DNA from: a virus
IMG/VR virus record: IMGVR_UViG_3300032277_000009
Span: 1-46,914 of that record
DNA length: 46,914 nt
Direction: 5' to 3' (one strand)
The position numbers and the translations under genes were made by a program. The notes under the pieces are model-generated. The model did not search any database. It was not told the origin of the DNA and was given only the letters and a program-made list of their open reading frames with translations. Positions 7,965 to 17,500 of this stretch are shown here, one piece after another. The stretch's first letter is position 1; each line of letters begins with the position of its first letter.

Positions 7965-8264
7965 ATGCCGCAGACGCGAACCCGACCAGCACCGGCCCGA
8001 TCGGCCGAGAACCGTCGTCGAAAGACTGACGATGAGCTGCGCCTTCGGGAAGACTTCGCCGCGCTGATCTCACACGAGCAAGGCCGCCGCATCGCGTGGG
8101 CCTTCCTTGAGCAGTGCGCCATGCGGCTGCCGGTGTTCAACGCGAACGCCATGGTGATGAGCAACAACGCCGGCAAACAAGAACTCGGTCTGTGGCTCGA
8201 ATCGCAACTACGCGAGTCGAGCCTCGACAACTACCTCAAGATGATTACCGAGAATGGATCCTGA
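7965..8264 (+). CDS. Small conserved protein preceding the scaffold (99 aa)
   Basis: Basic N-terminus, then EQGRRIAWAFLEQCAMRLPVFNANAMVMSNNAGKQELGLWLESQL. Preceded by a 145-bp gap containing small hairpins (ggaacc-N7-ggttcc at 7944-7962). Confidence 0.55.
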   Translation: MPQTRTRPAPARSAENRRRKTDDELRLREDFAALISHEQGRRIAWAFLEQCAMRLPVFNANAMVMSNNAGKQELGLWLESQLRESSLDNYLKMITENGS

Positions 8265-9057
8265 AAATCAAAGCGAAGGAACCGCGGAAGGTGGCCAAGC
8301 CACCGCACCCGAAGACCTCTTGTTCGGCAACGACTCGGAGTCGCAGCCCAGTCAACAAGAGACCCAACCGCAGCCAACACCCGAAGCGGAACCAGCAGCG
8401 TCCGAGCAACCAGGCGAACAGCTTGCAGGCAACGACGATGCTGTCGATGACAGTGGCTCCGCAGCCGACGCACTTGCCGACGATGGCGAGAAGTCGCCTG
8501 CCGAAGCGCTCGGATCGGATGAAGGCGGCGAAGACGGCGAAGGCAGCGAGCCGCGCACCTACGAATCGTTCGAGATCCCGGAAGGGGTCGACACGTTCAC
8601 GGAGCCGGTTGTCGAAGCACTCGGCGAACTCGCCAACGAACTGAACCTGTCACAAGAGCAAGCGCAGAAGATCGTCGATCGTCTGGGTCCTGCTCAACTG
8701 CAGGCCAAAGAAGCGGTCGTCGACAACGCGAACGAATCGTGGGTCAAGGCTTCGCGCTCCGACAAGGAAGTCGGCGGCGCGCAATACAAGCCCAGCCTGC
8801 AGAGTGCGCGACGTGCGATCGATAGGTTCGCAACTCCGGAGTTCCGGAAGTTGATGGTTGGGAAGGGCACTCAGCTCGTGAACCACCCGGAGATGCTCCG
8901 GTTCTTGGCTCGCGTAGGTGCCGCGACTAGCACTGACCGGAAGTTCACTACCGGGAAGAGCACCCCTGCGAAGTCTGTCGCGAAGGTCAACGTGACCGAC
9001 CCGATGGCGACGCAGGACGCAACGGCCGACTTGCTCTTCGGCACGGTCGACGCGTAA
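8254..9057 (+). CDS. Scaffolding protein
   Basis: 267 aa. Very acidic low-complexity N-terminal half followed by a helical C-terminal half. Sits immediately upstream of the major capsid gene. Confidence 0.7.
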   Translation: MDPENQSEGTAEGGQATAPEDLLFGNDSESQPSQQETQPQPTPEAEPAASEQPGEQLAGNDDAVDDSGSAADALADDGEKSPAEALGSDEGGEDGEGSEPRTYESFEIPEGVDTFTEPVVEALGELANELNLSQEQAQKIVDRLGPAQLQAKEAVVDNANESWVKASRSDKEVGGAQYKPSLQSARRAIDRFATPEFRKLMVGKGTQLVNHPEMLRFLARVGAATSTDRKFTTGKSTPAKSVAKVNVTDPMATQDATADLLFGTVDA

Positions 9058-9087
9058 CCCTTCGAAACGAAACCGACTGATCCAACA

Positions 9088-10116
9088 ATGGCACTACTCA
9101 ACGCCACCCGCCTCACCTTGGCCGACAACGCCAAGATGGAGGACCCGACGGGCAAAATCGCAGTCATTGCGAACTTGCTCTCTCAAACGAACGAGATCCT
9201 GACCGACTGCGTCTTCCAGAAGGCGAACGGCAAGACCTACCACCGCGTGTCGATTAGCGTCGGCTTGCCTGAAGTCTACTGGACGCAGGTCAACGTCGGC
9301 ACGCCGCCCAGCAAGGCGAAATACGCGACCGTCGACGAAGGCATCGGCCTGCTCGAAGCGCGTAGCGAGACCGACATTCGCGCCGCCGCGCTCAGCGGCA
9401 ACGTGAACCGCCACCGCATGATGCAGTCGATGCAGCACATGGAGGCGATGAACCAAGAGATGGCCACCACGCTGTTCTACGGCGATACGGGTGTCACCTC
9501 TTCCGCGTTCCTCGGCCTCAGCGGCCGCTACAGCGCGGTCACCAGTGCGCCGAACAGCGCCAACGTCATCTCGAACGGCGGCTCCGCTGCCGGCGCGCAG
9601 ATGTCGGTGTGGCTCGTTGGTTGGGGCCCCGAGACGGTCTTCTGCACCTACCCCGAGGGCTCGACCGCCGGCTTGCAACACCGCAACCTCGGCGAGCAGA
9701 CCGCCTACTTGGCGGACGGCACGCGCATGCAGGTCTACGCCGACCTCTACAACTGGTCGAACGGCGTGGTTGTCAAAGACTGGCGTTACGTCTCGCGCGT
9801 GTGCAACATCGACTCGACGTCGATCGTCGACCTGTCCGGCGTCAACGCGCCGACCAGCACGACGAGCATCTTGCACCGCATGGCGCAGGCCGTCTCGCGC
9901 ATCCCGAACTTCGCGATGTGCCGCCCGGCCTTCTACATGAACCGCACGGTTCACACCGCGCTGATGCGCATCGCGATGGAGAAGAGCAGCGGTGTTCTTC
10001 GCATCAACGAAGCCATCGGCCAGTTCGGCATGAAGGACAACTACTTGTCGTTCATGGGCATCCCGATCCGTCGCTGCGACGCGCTGTCGACGCAAGAGGA
10101 CGTCGTTCCGGCCTAA
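9088..10116 (+). CDS. Major capsid protein (HK97-fold class expected)
   Basis: 342 aa in the position after the scaffold. Its N-terminus (MALLNATRLTLADNAKMEDPTGKIAVIANLLSQTNEILTDCVFQKANGKTYHRV) resembles podovirus major capsid proteins I recall. A stable hairpin follows the gene. Confidence 0.8.
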   Translation: MALLNATRLTLADNAKMEDPTGKIAVIANLLSQTNEILTDCVFQKANGKTYHRVSISVGLPEVYWTQVNVGTPPSKAKYATVDEGIGLLEARSETDIRAAALSGNVNRHRMMQSMQHMEAMNQEMATTLFYGDTGVTSSAFLGLSGRYSAVTSAPNSANVISNGGSAAGAQMSVWLVGWGPETVFCTYPEGSTAGLQHRNLGEQTAYLADGTRMQVYADLYNWSNGVVVKDWRYVSRVCNIDSTSIVDLSGVNAPTSTTSILHRMAQAVSRIPNFAMCRPAFYMNRTVHTALMRIAMEKSSGVLRINEAIGQFGMKDNYLSFMGIPIRRCDALSTQEDVVPA

Positions 10117-10138
10117 GCCTGACGGCTAGGTCTTGACC

Positions 10139-10158
10139 GCCGGGGCTTCGGCTCCGGC
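10139..10158 (+). promoter_or_regulatory. Stable hairpin with a UUCG tetraloop just after the capsid gene (attenuator or mRNA-stabiliser candidate)
   Basis: gccggggc-ttcg-gctccggc forms an 8-bp stem including one G-U pair. No U tract follows. Confidence 0.4.
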
Positions 10159-10186
10159 ACCAACAAACAACCAACCAAGGAACAAC

Positions 10187-11035
10187 ATGATCTCTGACGA
10201 TCTCACGCGGTTGTCCGGAACTCGATCGGTCTCAGCCGGCGTCGTTACCGAAACCCCGCAAGACATCGATCCTGCCGCCGCAGCGACTCCGCTGCTCAGC
10301 GAAAGCTGGATCGACATGGCTGACCGCAACAACCCGCTTCACGGCGGCGACCTTGCGAACGGCAAACTGTGCGGCGTCTTCACGATGAACGAAGAGTCGA
10401 TGCTCAGCGCCGGCAACTCGAACGCGACGGTGCGCTTCCAGCTCATCACGATGCCCCGCACCGTGGCGGCTGGCCAGGTGTTCACCGTCGACGCTACGGA
10501 CGACACCGTGGTCTGCAGCGGCGACTACTTGCCCAACGGCACGTTGGTCACCGTCGCGTCGACCCTGACGCTCCCCGCCGGCCTCGTCGCGGGCAACCAC
10601 CTCTTCGTCTACCGCGACGACACGGCGGCGATCGTGGCCAACCCGCTGACGACGTTCAAGCTGGCCGCGTCCCCCGACGGTGTTGACCGTGCGAGCCCGG
10701 ACGTGTCGACGGTGGTGAACATCACCACGGCAGGCACCGGCGTGCACACGATCACGCACGTGCCGGAAATCATCGCCGACTCCGGCGAGATCCCGCTGCA
10801 ACGTCTTCGCTTGTCGAACGTGCACACGACGACGCCCAACTCGGGCGCGAAGGCGGATCAAGTTCTGATCCGCTCTAACCCGCGCTACTCGGCTCGACCG
10901 CCGCTGCAGCGCTACCTGTTCGCACGCTACGTGGTCTCGCACGACCTCACCGGCGGCAAGTGCTTCTGTGACGTCGGCATTGGCGTGCCGGACAACCACA
11001 GCGTCGCCCACGCCAGCGGGTTCGAAGTCAAATGA
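10187..11035 (+). CDS. Virion structural protein (capsid decoration or tail-associated candidate) carrying one LPxGL...GTGxH repeat module
   Basis: AAGGAA lies 5 nt upstream of the ATG at 10187. The ORF-track start at 10133 would include the hairpin. Contains LPAGLVAGNHLFVY...TFKLAASPDG...ITTAGTGVHTITH. Confidence 0.6.
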   Translation: MISDDLTRLSGTRSVSAGVVTETPQDIDPAAAATPLLSESWIDMADRNNPLHGGDLANGKLCGVFTMNEESMLSAGNSNATVRFQLITMPRTVAAGQVFTVDATDDTVVCSGDYLPNGTLVTVASTLTLPAGLVAGNHLFVYRDDTAAIVANPLTTFKLAASPDGVDRASPDVSTVVNITTAGTGVHTITHVPEIIADSGEIPLQRLRLSNVHTTTPNSGAKADQVLIRSNPRYSARPPLQRYLFARYVVSHDLTGGKCFCDVGIGVPDNHSVAHASGFEVK

Positions 11036-11532
11036 TCCGCGACGCAGCCTTCGCAATGTCCTCGGAACAGTCGCTGGCCTCGCCAGCGACGTTCCCTGCG
11101 ACGTCATCGGTGGGCCACCTCTCGACCGACTACGCCGACCTGTTCGACTACGGGATGAGCGGTGGCCGCGAACAGTTCATCGAACTCGAAATCACCGAGA
11201 CCGTCGACACGGCCATGACGGTCGCGCTCGCCGTATGGCCCGACGCCGGACCTGCTCTGCGCCCAACCGAAGCGTTGGTCGTCGCGGCAGGCCACCGGTT
11301 CATCTCGCAGAAGCAGTTTCTGCTCGCGGATCTGACGGCAGGCTCTCGGCTCTACCTTCCGTTGTGGACGTCGGGCGTCGACTTCATGGATGAGGACAAC
11401 GGCGGGTTGACGTGGCGGTGGTTGAACTTGTTCTACCTCTGCACGGGCACGACGGCCGGTAAGGTGACCGCTCGACTGGTCGATGCGATCACGCACAAGC
11501 CGCGTCGCTTCGACGCCAACAACTTGACCTAG
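11032..11532 (+). CDS. Hypothetical virion protein (166 aa)
   Basis: ATGA overlap with the upstream gene, and position inside the structural operon. Confidence 0.55.
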   Translation: MIRDAAFAMSSEQSLASPATFPATSSVGHLSTDYADLFDYGMSGGREQFIELEITETVDTAMTVALAVWPDAGPALRPTEALVVAAGHRFISQKQFLLADLTAGSRLYLPLWTSGVDFMDEDNGGLTWRWLNLFYLCTGTTAGKVTARLVDAITHKPRRFDANNLT

Positions 11533-11556
11533 ACCGGACTTCTCCAAGGAAGCGAC

Positions 11557-14535
11557 ATGGGACGCACGCTGCTTCTGACGCTGCTCGGGGGCGGCGTGCT
11601 TTTCTTTACATCCTGCGACATCAACATGACCGCCATCGCTGTTCCCCTTCCGACCAAAGACGTGTTGATCAACCTTTCGCAGAGCAACGGGACGACCGTT
11701 GGTGACGCGAAGGGGTTCGAGGACGCAAACCCGCAGATCGCTCTGCGGAACCCGGTAGCCGTCGCGCTGTCGCGGCGCTTCAACCAAGGCTCCGCGCGCG
11801 ACGAGATCACGCTGCCCGACCCCGAGTTCGGTGATCACCGGGTGGTCAACTACCGCGGCAAGGGGTCGCCGACGGTGCGCTACCTGACGTTCTTCAACCC
11901 GACGTCGACGTGCTACGAACGCACGGGCGCGGCGGTGTCGATGCCGACGTATCCGGGCGAGTTCGAGGTCAGCGAGATCACGAACGGCACGACGTTCAAG
12001 ACGAAGATGATCTGGCAGGCTGACCCGACAGGGAAGGTCACGATCACGCGCAGGCGCACCGGTGTTGCCTACACCATCACTGCGTCGTCTCCGATCCCGG
12101 GCGTGTCGTTGACAGCCAACAAGTCGTTCGACCCGCCGCTTGAAGTGGGTGAGCGGTTCACGCACACAGTCGCGGCGATGGACGCCGGCAGCACGACGCA
12201 GGTGCGGTTCTACAACCAGTTCGGCGGGCACCACGATCTCGGCGGCACGTTCGAAGCGACGCTCAACGGCGTCGCCGCAGACTACCCGAACGCGTCGGTC
12301 GGCTCTTACACGCTGTCGGTGTGGGAGACTACGTTCGGCACCGGCACGGGCAAGGTGACGTGTCTCGAACACCCGCTCTATCTCGGCCGCCGCATCCGCT
12401 TCTTGCAACGCACGGGCACGCTGCCGGTCGAGCTGGCGGTGGCGACGGATTACTACATTGTGAGGCTCGACGCTGACGGCAAGAGCGCATACATCAGCGC
12501 CACGCCGGATGGCAGCGAAATCACGTTCTCGGCCGCGTCGGGCGACTTCCAGGTGGCGTTCTACCCGGACGGCCGCGACAGCACGATGGCGGGCATGAAC
12601 CTGCATTGCCTCACTGGCGCCAACGCTGGCGAGGTGCGCGCGATGGGCGACGTGACCCCGAACGCCGCCGGCACCGTGTGGACCGTCAACGTGACCGAAG
12701 CGTTCACGAACGCAGTCACGCAAGACGACACGTTCGAGATCCTCCCGCCCGATGTTGGCGGCGCACCCGTGCCGTTCGACAAGTGGGCCTACTTCCTGCC
12801 GGTGTGCCAACTCAACGGCCGCGAGCAAGGTCTGCCGGCGAAGAGCCCGGTCACGATCACAACGGGCACAGGCACGACGTCGTTCCTCGCGACCGACGGC
12901 AACTACCCAGCGATCGGAGCGACGGCGTTCTACAACGGCTGCCCCGTGCGCTTCTGGCGCAAGGTCTACAGCGACGCCGCCGGCTCAGCGTCTGGCGAAG
13001 TGTGGCCGACGGGGCTGACCGAAGGGGTGGAATACTTCGTCGTCAACTTCAACTCGACGACGGGTTCGTTCCAGGTCTCCGCAACCTACGACGGCACGCC
13101 GATCAGTCTGACCGGCACGACTGCGCAGATTCACTGGGTCACGTTCAGTGAGACGTCGCTGCACATCGACAACCCCGCACCGCCAGGGTTCAACTTCAAC
13201 AACCAGCGGTGTGTTCCGTTCACTTACAACCCGTATCGCGGTGCGACCAACGGCTTGACGCCGGATGTTGAACAACCGAAGGTCGCCTACCACTGGGGTT
13301 GGGCGCAACGCATCGCCGAACGCATCGGTCGGGATGTCTACGTCATCGACTTGGCTGTCGGCGGGTCGACGCTCAGCGAGGTTGTCGTTCCACCGACCAA
13401 CGCAAACGGCGGTATCGGCTGGTTCGACCCCGCGTCGATGAACCACTGGGCGCCAGGTGAAGCAGCGCTTCGCGCTAGGTTCTTGCGCGTGCTCGATGCC
13501 GCGGAGTTGGCCGCCACGCGCGAAGGCGTGCAACTGCGCATCCGCGGCGTGTGCTTCCCGCAAGGTGAGTCTGATTCGGTGACCGTCGACCGCGCAGAAC
13601 GCTACATGGGCAACTCGCTCAGGTTCAAAGCGTTCGTCCGAGCCGAGCTGAAGAAGCGCGGGCTGTGGGACGGCGAAGCAGACGAGCTGCCCTTCTTGCA
13701 CCCTCAGATCCGCACGAGCACGACCGGCCAATGGCCGCAGTCGGCGACGGTCAACAAGTCGATCATCAAGCTGGCGAACGCCGACCCGTTCAGTCGCACG
13801 TGGAACACCGACGCTTACACTCTGTTCGACGAGGTGCACTACGCGGGCGTGTCGCTCGACACCATGGCAAGGTCGGCCGCGGCCAACCTGTTCGACTACC
13901 TCGACGGCGACGACGGCAACGTGCTGCGCATCTGCAAGCTCGCGATGCGCATGGCCGGTGAATCGAGCGTGTTCGACTCGGTGTATCCACCAGACGCGGA
14001 CAGCAAGGAAGCCGAGTTGGCTGCGGCGTTCTACCCCGAGGCGCGCGAGCACATGCTCGATCGCCACGCGTGGGACTTCGCAGTGTTCACCGAGTTGCTC
14101 GAAGAGGCATCGGCCAACGAGCGCACGCACGACTGGCGCCACGCTTACGAGCTGCCGCTGAACCTCCGCGGCGTGATCGGGCTCGGCGAAGATGAAATGT
14201 CCGCGTTCGACATGAAGGCGGTGAAGATCAAACACTCGATCGAGTTGCGGTCCGACTCGACGCGCGTGCTCTACGCGAACCAATCGCCCGACCTCTACAT
14301 CCGATACAAGCTCAACAAGGTCGACCCATCCAAGTTCAGCGCCGCGTTCATCAACGCATGCGCGGCCTACATGGCGTCGATGGTTGTGCGCACGACGATG
14401 AAGGGGGAAGAAGGTATCAAGGCCGGCGCCGCTCTTGAGAAGCGCGCCTACGGCATGTTCAAGGACGCGGCGTCGGTCGACGCCCGCCACACGCGAGACA
14501 CTTCCCAATCGCAGCAAATCGGCTGGCGTCGATGA
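11557..14535 (+). CDS. Tail adaptor (T7 gp11-like tubular protein A) domain at the C-terminus, fused to a large N-terminal SGNH/SASA-like esterase region with inserted repeat domains
   Basis: 992 aa. AAGGAAG lies upstream of the ATG. Esterase-like blocks: LINLSQSNG (aa ~38-45), IDLAVGGSTL (~aa 597-606), CFPQGESDS (~aa 667-675), FDEVHYAG (~aa 757-764). The C-terminal ~200 aa (RICKLAMRMAGE...HAWDFAV...FINACAAYMAS...) follow the gp11 adaptor pattern. The next gene is nozzle-like. Confidence 0.65.
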   Translation: MGRTLLLTLLGGGVLFFTSCDINMTAIAVPLPTKDVLINLSQSNGTTVGDAKGFEDANPQIALRNPVAVALSRRFNQGSARDEITLPDPEFGDHRVVNYRGKGSPTVRYLTFFNPTSTCYERTGAAVSMPTYPGEFEVSEITNGTTFKTKMIWQADPTGKVTITRRRTGVAYTITASSPIPGVSLTANKSFDPPLEVGERFTHTVAAMDAGSTTQVRFYNQFGGHHDLGGTFEATLNGVAADYPNASVGSYTLSVWETTFGTGTGKVTCLEHPLYLGRRIRFLQRTGTLPVELAVATDYYIVRLDADGKSAYISATPDGSEITFSAASGDFQVAFYPDGRDSTMAGMNLHCLTGANAGEVRAMGDVTPNAAGTVWTVNVTEAFTNAVTQDDTFEILPPDVGGAPVPFDKWAYFLPVCQLNGREQGLPAKSPVTITTGTGTTSFLATDGNYPAIGATAFYNGCPVRFWRKVYSDAAGSASGEVWPTGLTEGVEYFVVNFNSTTGSFQVSATYDGTPISLTGTTAQIHWVTFSETSLHIDNPAPPGFNFNNQRCVPFTYNPYRGATNGLTPDVEQPKVAYHWGWAQRIAERIGRDVYVIDLAVGGSTLSEVVVPPTNANGGIGWFDPASMNHWAPGEAALRARFLRVLDAAELAATREGVQLRIRGVCFPQGESDSVTVDRAERYMGNSLRFKAFVRAELKKRGLWDGEADELPFLHPQIRTSTTGQWPQSATVNKSIIKLANADPFSRTWNTDAYTLFDEVHYAGVSLDTMARSAAANLFDYLDGDDGNVLRICKLAMRMAGESSVFDSVYPPDADSKEAELAAAFYPEAREHMLDRHAWDFAVFTELLEEASANERTHDWRHAYELPLNLRGVIGLGEDEMSAFDMKAVKIKHSIELRSDSTRVLYANQSPDLYIRYKLNKVDPSKFSAAFINACAAYMASMVVRTTMKGEEGIKAGAALEKRAYGMFKDAASVDARHTRDTSQSQQIGWRR

Positions 14536-17500
14536 GAACACGCAAACACCAGTATTCGTTCGCCGGTGGCGAAGTCAGCCCGGAGTTCTTCGGGCGCGGC
14601 GACGCGGTGCAGTTCCAGACCGGCCTGGCCGCGGCACGCAACGTGGTCGTCAAGCCGCAAGGCTCTGCACGGACACGCCCCGGCGGCGAGTTCGTTGCCC
14701 GCAGTTTCCGCCAAGGCACAGCGGCGCAGTTGATGTCGTTCACTTACGACATCGACCAAGCGTATGCGATCGAGATCGGGGCGCAGGTGTTCCGGTTCCA
14801 TGCCGCAGGCGCAACGTTGAAGTGGGCCACACCTGTTGACGTTGGGGAGCTAGGGGGTGTCGATACTCTCGACATCGTCTCGCACGTGAACGGCATCCTG
14901 ATCACTGCCGGGCCTCACGGGCTCACGAGCGGCGACGAGGTGCGCGTCACGGTCGAAGCCGTCGGCTCGTTGCCCGGCGGTCTTGCGTCCTTCACCGACT
15001 ACAAGGTGACGGTGCTCGACTCGCGTCGGTTGCAGTTCAGCCTGTCGGCGAGTTACCCAACGCTGATCACGATCGGCCCCGGCTACGGCTCGGGGTTCAT
15101 GCGGATCTTCAAGACGAGCGAACTGCCGCGTGTTTACGTCGAGGCCGAGAACTTCGCGCCGGGCGACGTCAACACGACGTCGGAAGTCATCTCGATCGCC
15201 AACCACCTGTTCCAAGATGGCGACGAGTTCCGCTTCGGCACGAGCGGCACGCTGCCGGCGCCGTTGGTGGCGGGCACCAGCTACTTCGCGGTCAACGTTG
15301 TGGCGGGCGTCTCGTTCCAGGTCTCCGAGACTTCGGGCGGCGCAGCGATCAACCTCACGACGACCGGGACGGGCACACACAACGTCAGCTACCGCTACAA
15401 GCAAGGCGACCTCGCGTTTGTCCCGGTGAACGGCGGACTGTTCAACGCCGGTGAAGTCGTCTACTGCCAGCGTGACAACGACTCTGATTTCCTCTACCCG
15501 AACACCGCGGGCGACTGGTATCTGCAGCCATACGACGGCGCGCTGACTGTCCCGACGCTCTACACCGCGGTGCAGGTCTTCGACCTCAACTGGGATCAAG
15601 CTGGTGACGTGATCTCTCTCGTGCACCCGGAACACCCGGAGCGAGAGTTGCGCCGTCTGTCGAGCTTGAAGTGGGTCGTTGTCGACATCACCACGGGCGC
15701 CACGCTCACTGCTCCCGTGCCGAGCGTGACAGAGGCCTACGGCGAGACGATCAAGTCGTTGAGCTACCAGGCGAAAGGTGGCGTGTCTGGCGAGCCTATC
15801 CTGATGAACACCGACGAGTCGGTGCCAGGAGTGCAGACGGGCACCGCGTTGCTGGTCACGGTGAGCGGGCTCGGTAGTGTCCCCCAAGGGTCGACCGTCA
15901 TCGTCAACGAGGTGATCGCCGGTGGGCCGCCCTACAAGTTCGGCATCCGCGAACTTGGAGGGGACGTGATCACGTCGACCGCCACAACCCCGACGGCGCT
16001 TACGATCGAGTTCGCGTTCACCGATCTGATCGCGGACACCAACGACTACAAGGTATCCGCTGTTGACGGGGCGGGCATCGAGTCGGTGTCGGCAGCCACC
16101 GGAGCGGTCACTAACAACCTGGCGAACCCCGGCGCGTCGAACACGGTGTCGTGGGCGGCGATCGCGGGCGCGGTCCGCTATCGCGTTTACAAGAAGTCAT
16201 CCGGAACAGGCCTCTACGGTTTGGTCGGCGAGACCGACTCACTCTCGTTCACCGACTCTGACATCGCGGCCGACCTAACGAACACGACACCGGTCCCCGA
16301 CACCGACATCAGCAACGCCGCGAACTACTCGCGCGCCACCGCGCGCTTTGAACAGCGGCGGTGCTTCGCCGGCAGCGACCTGTTCCCGCGCCGAATGTTC
16401 ATGTCGCGCAACGGCACCGAGAACGACTTCAGCTCCCGCATCCCGGTGTTGGACGACGACCGGATTTCGATCGAGGTCGCGGCCCGCGAAGCGCACGTCA
16501 TCCGACACATCGTGCCGCTCAACGATCTGGTTTTGCTGACTCAGCTCGGCGAGTGGCGTGTGTTCGCGATCAACAGCGACGCGATCACTCCGACGACGGT
16601 GGCGGTTCGCCCGCAGAGCTACATCGGGGCGTCGACAGTCCGCCCCCTTGTGATCAACAACTCGATGCTCTTTTGCGCGGCCCGGGGCGGACACGTCCGA
16701 GAAATGGGGTTTCAGGCTACACGCCAGGGTTTTGTGACAGGCGATGTGTCACTCCGGGCCGCGCATCTTTTCGACGGCTACGAGATCAAGAGTTCGGCCT
16801 ACCAGAAGGCGCCGGTGCCGATCTGTTGGTTCGTCTCGACGAGCGGGCGTCTGCTCGGCTTTACCTACGTGCCTGAAGAGCGCATCGGCGCGTGGCACCG
16901 CCACGACACAGAAGGCGGCTCGTTCGAGTCGGTGTGCGTCATCCCCGAAGGCGGTGAAGATCGAATTTACGTGACCACGCAGCGCACCGTCGAAGGTGTC
17001 GTTGTGCGGAACGTCGAACGGTTGGCCGCGCTCAACCCGACCGCGCCGCTCGACTCGCCGAGTCTCGACGACTCGCGACGCTACGACGGCGCGGGCGCCG
17101 GCACCGTGACCGTGTCCGGCGGGGCGTTCGCAGGGCAGACCGTGACGGTGACCACCAGCGCCACGACGGCGTTCTCGATCTTCGACGTGGGCAAGCGGCT
17201 CTACATGGGCGCGAACGACACGGCGGTCGAGATCACCGAGTTCGTGACTCAGAACTCGGTCAAGGGTGTGCTCGTCAGCGACCTACCGACGACGGATCGC
17301 AACACGGCCTTGTCGCCGTGGGCGTTCGGCGTCAAGACGATCGGCGGCCTCAGCGAACTCGAAGGGGCGTCGGTGTCCATCGTGCGCAGCGACAGCTCGG
17401 ACGGCCTCGTGACGGTCGAGCAGAACGTGACGGTCACCAACGGTCAGGTAGAGCTGAGCGGCTGGGCGACCATCGCGGACGTCGGCCGCCAATACACACC

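Noticed and set aside
10133-10186. The upstream start at 10133 for the gene after the capsid gene
   Set aside because: It would place the UUCG hairpin inside the coding region. The ATG at 10187 has an AAGGAA ribosome-binding site at proper spacing.
11104-12828. Long antisense ORFs such as 11104-12828(-), 12985-14541(-), 3431-4549(-), 24135-25526(-), 9094-10095(-), 39397-40404(+), 31615-32328(+) and 36253-37455(+)
   Set aside because: They lie opposite genes with clear motifs. Their translations are Arg/Ala/His/Val-rich, as is typical of shadow ORFs in GC-rich DNA, and they lack start-stop coupling.
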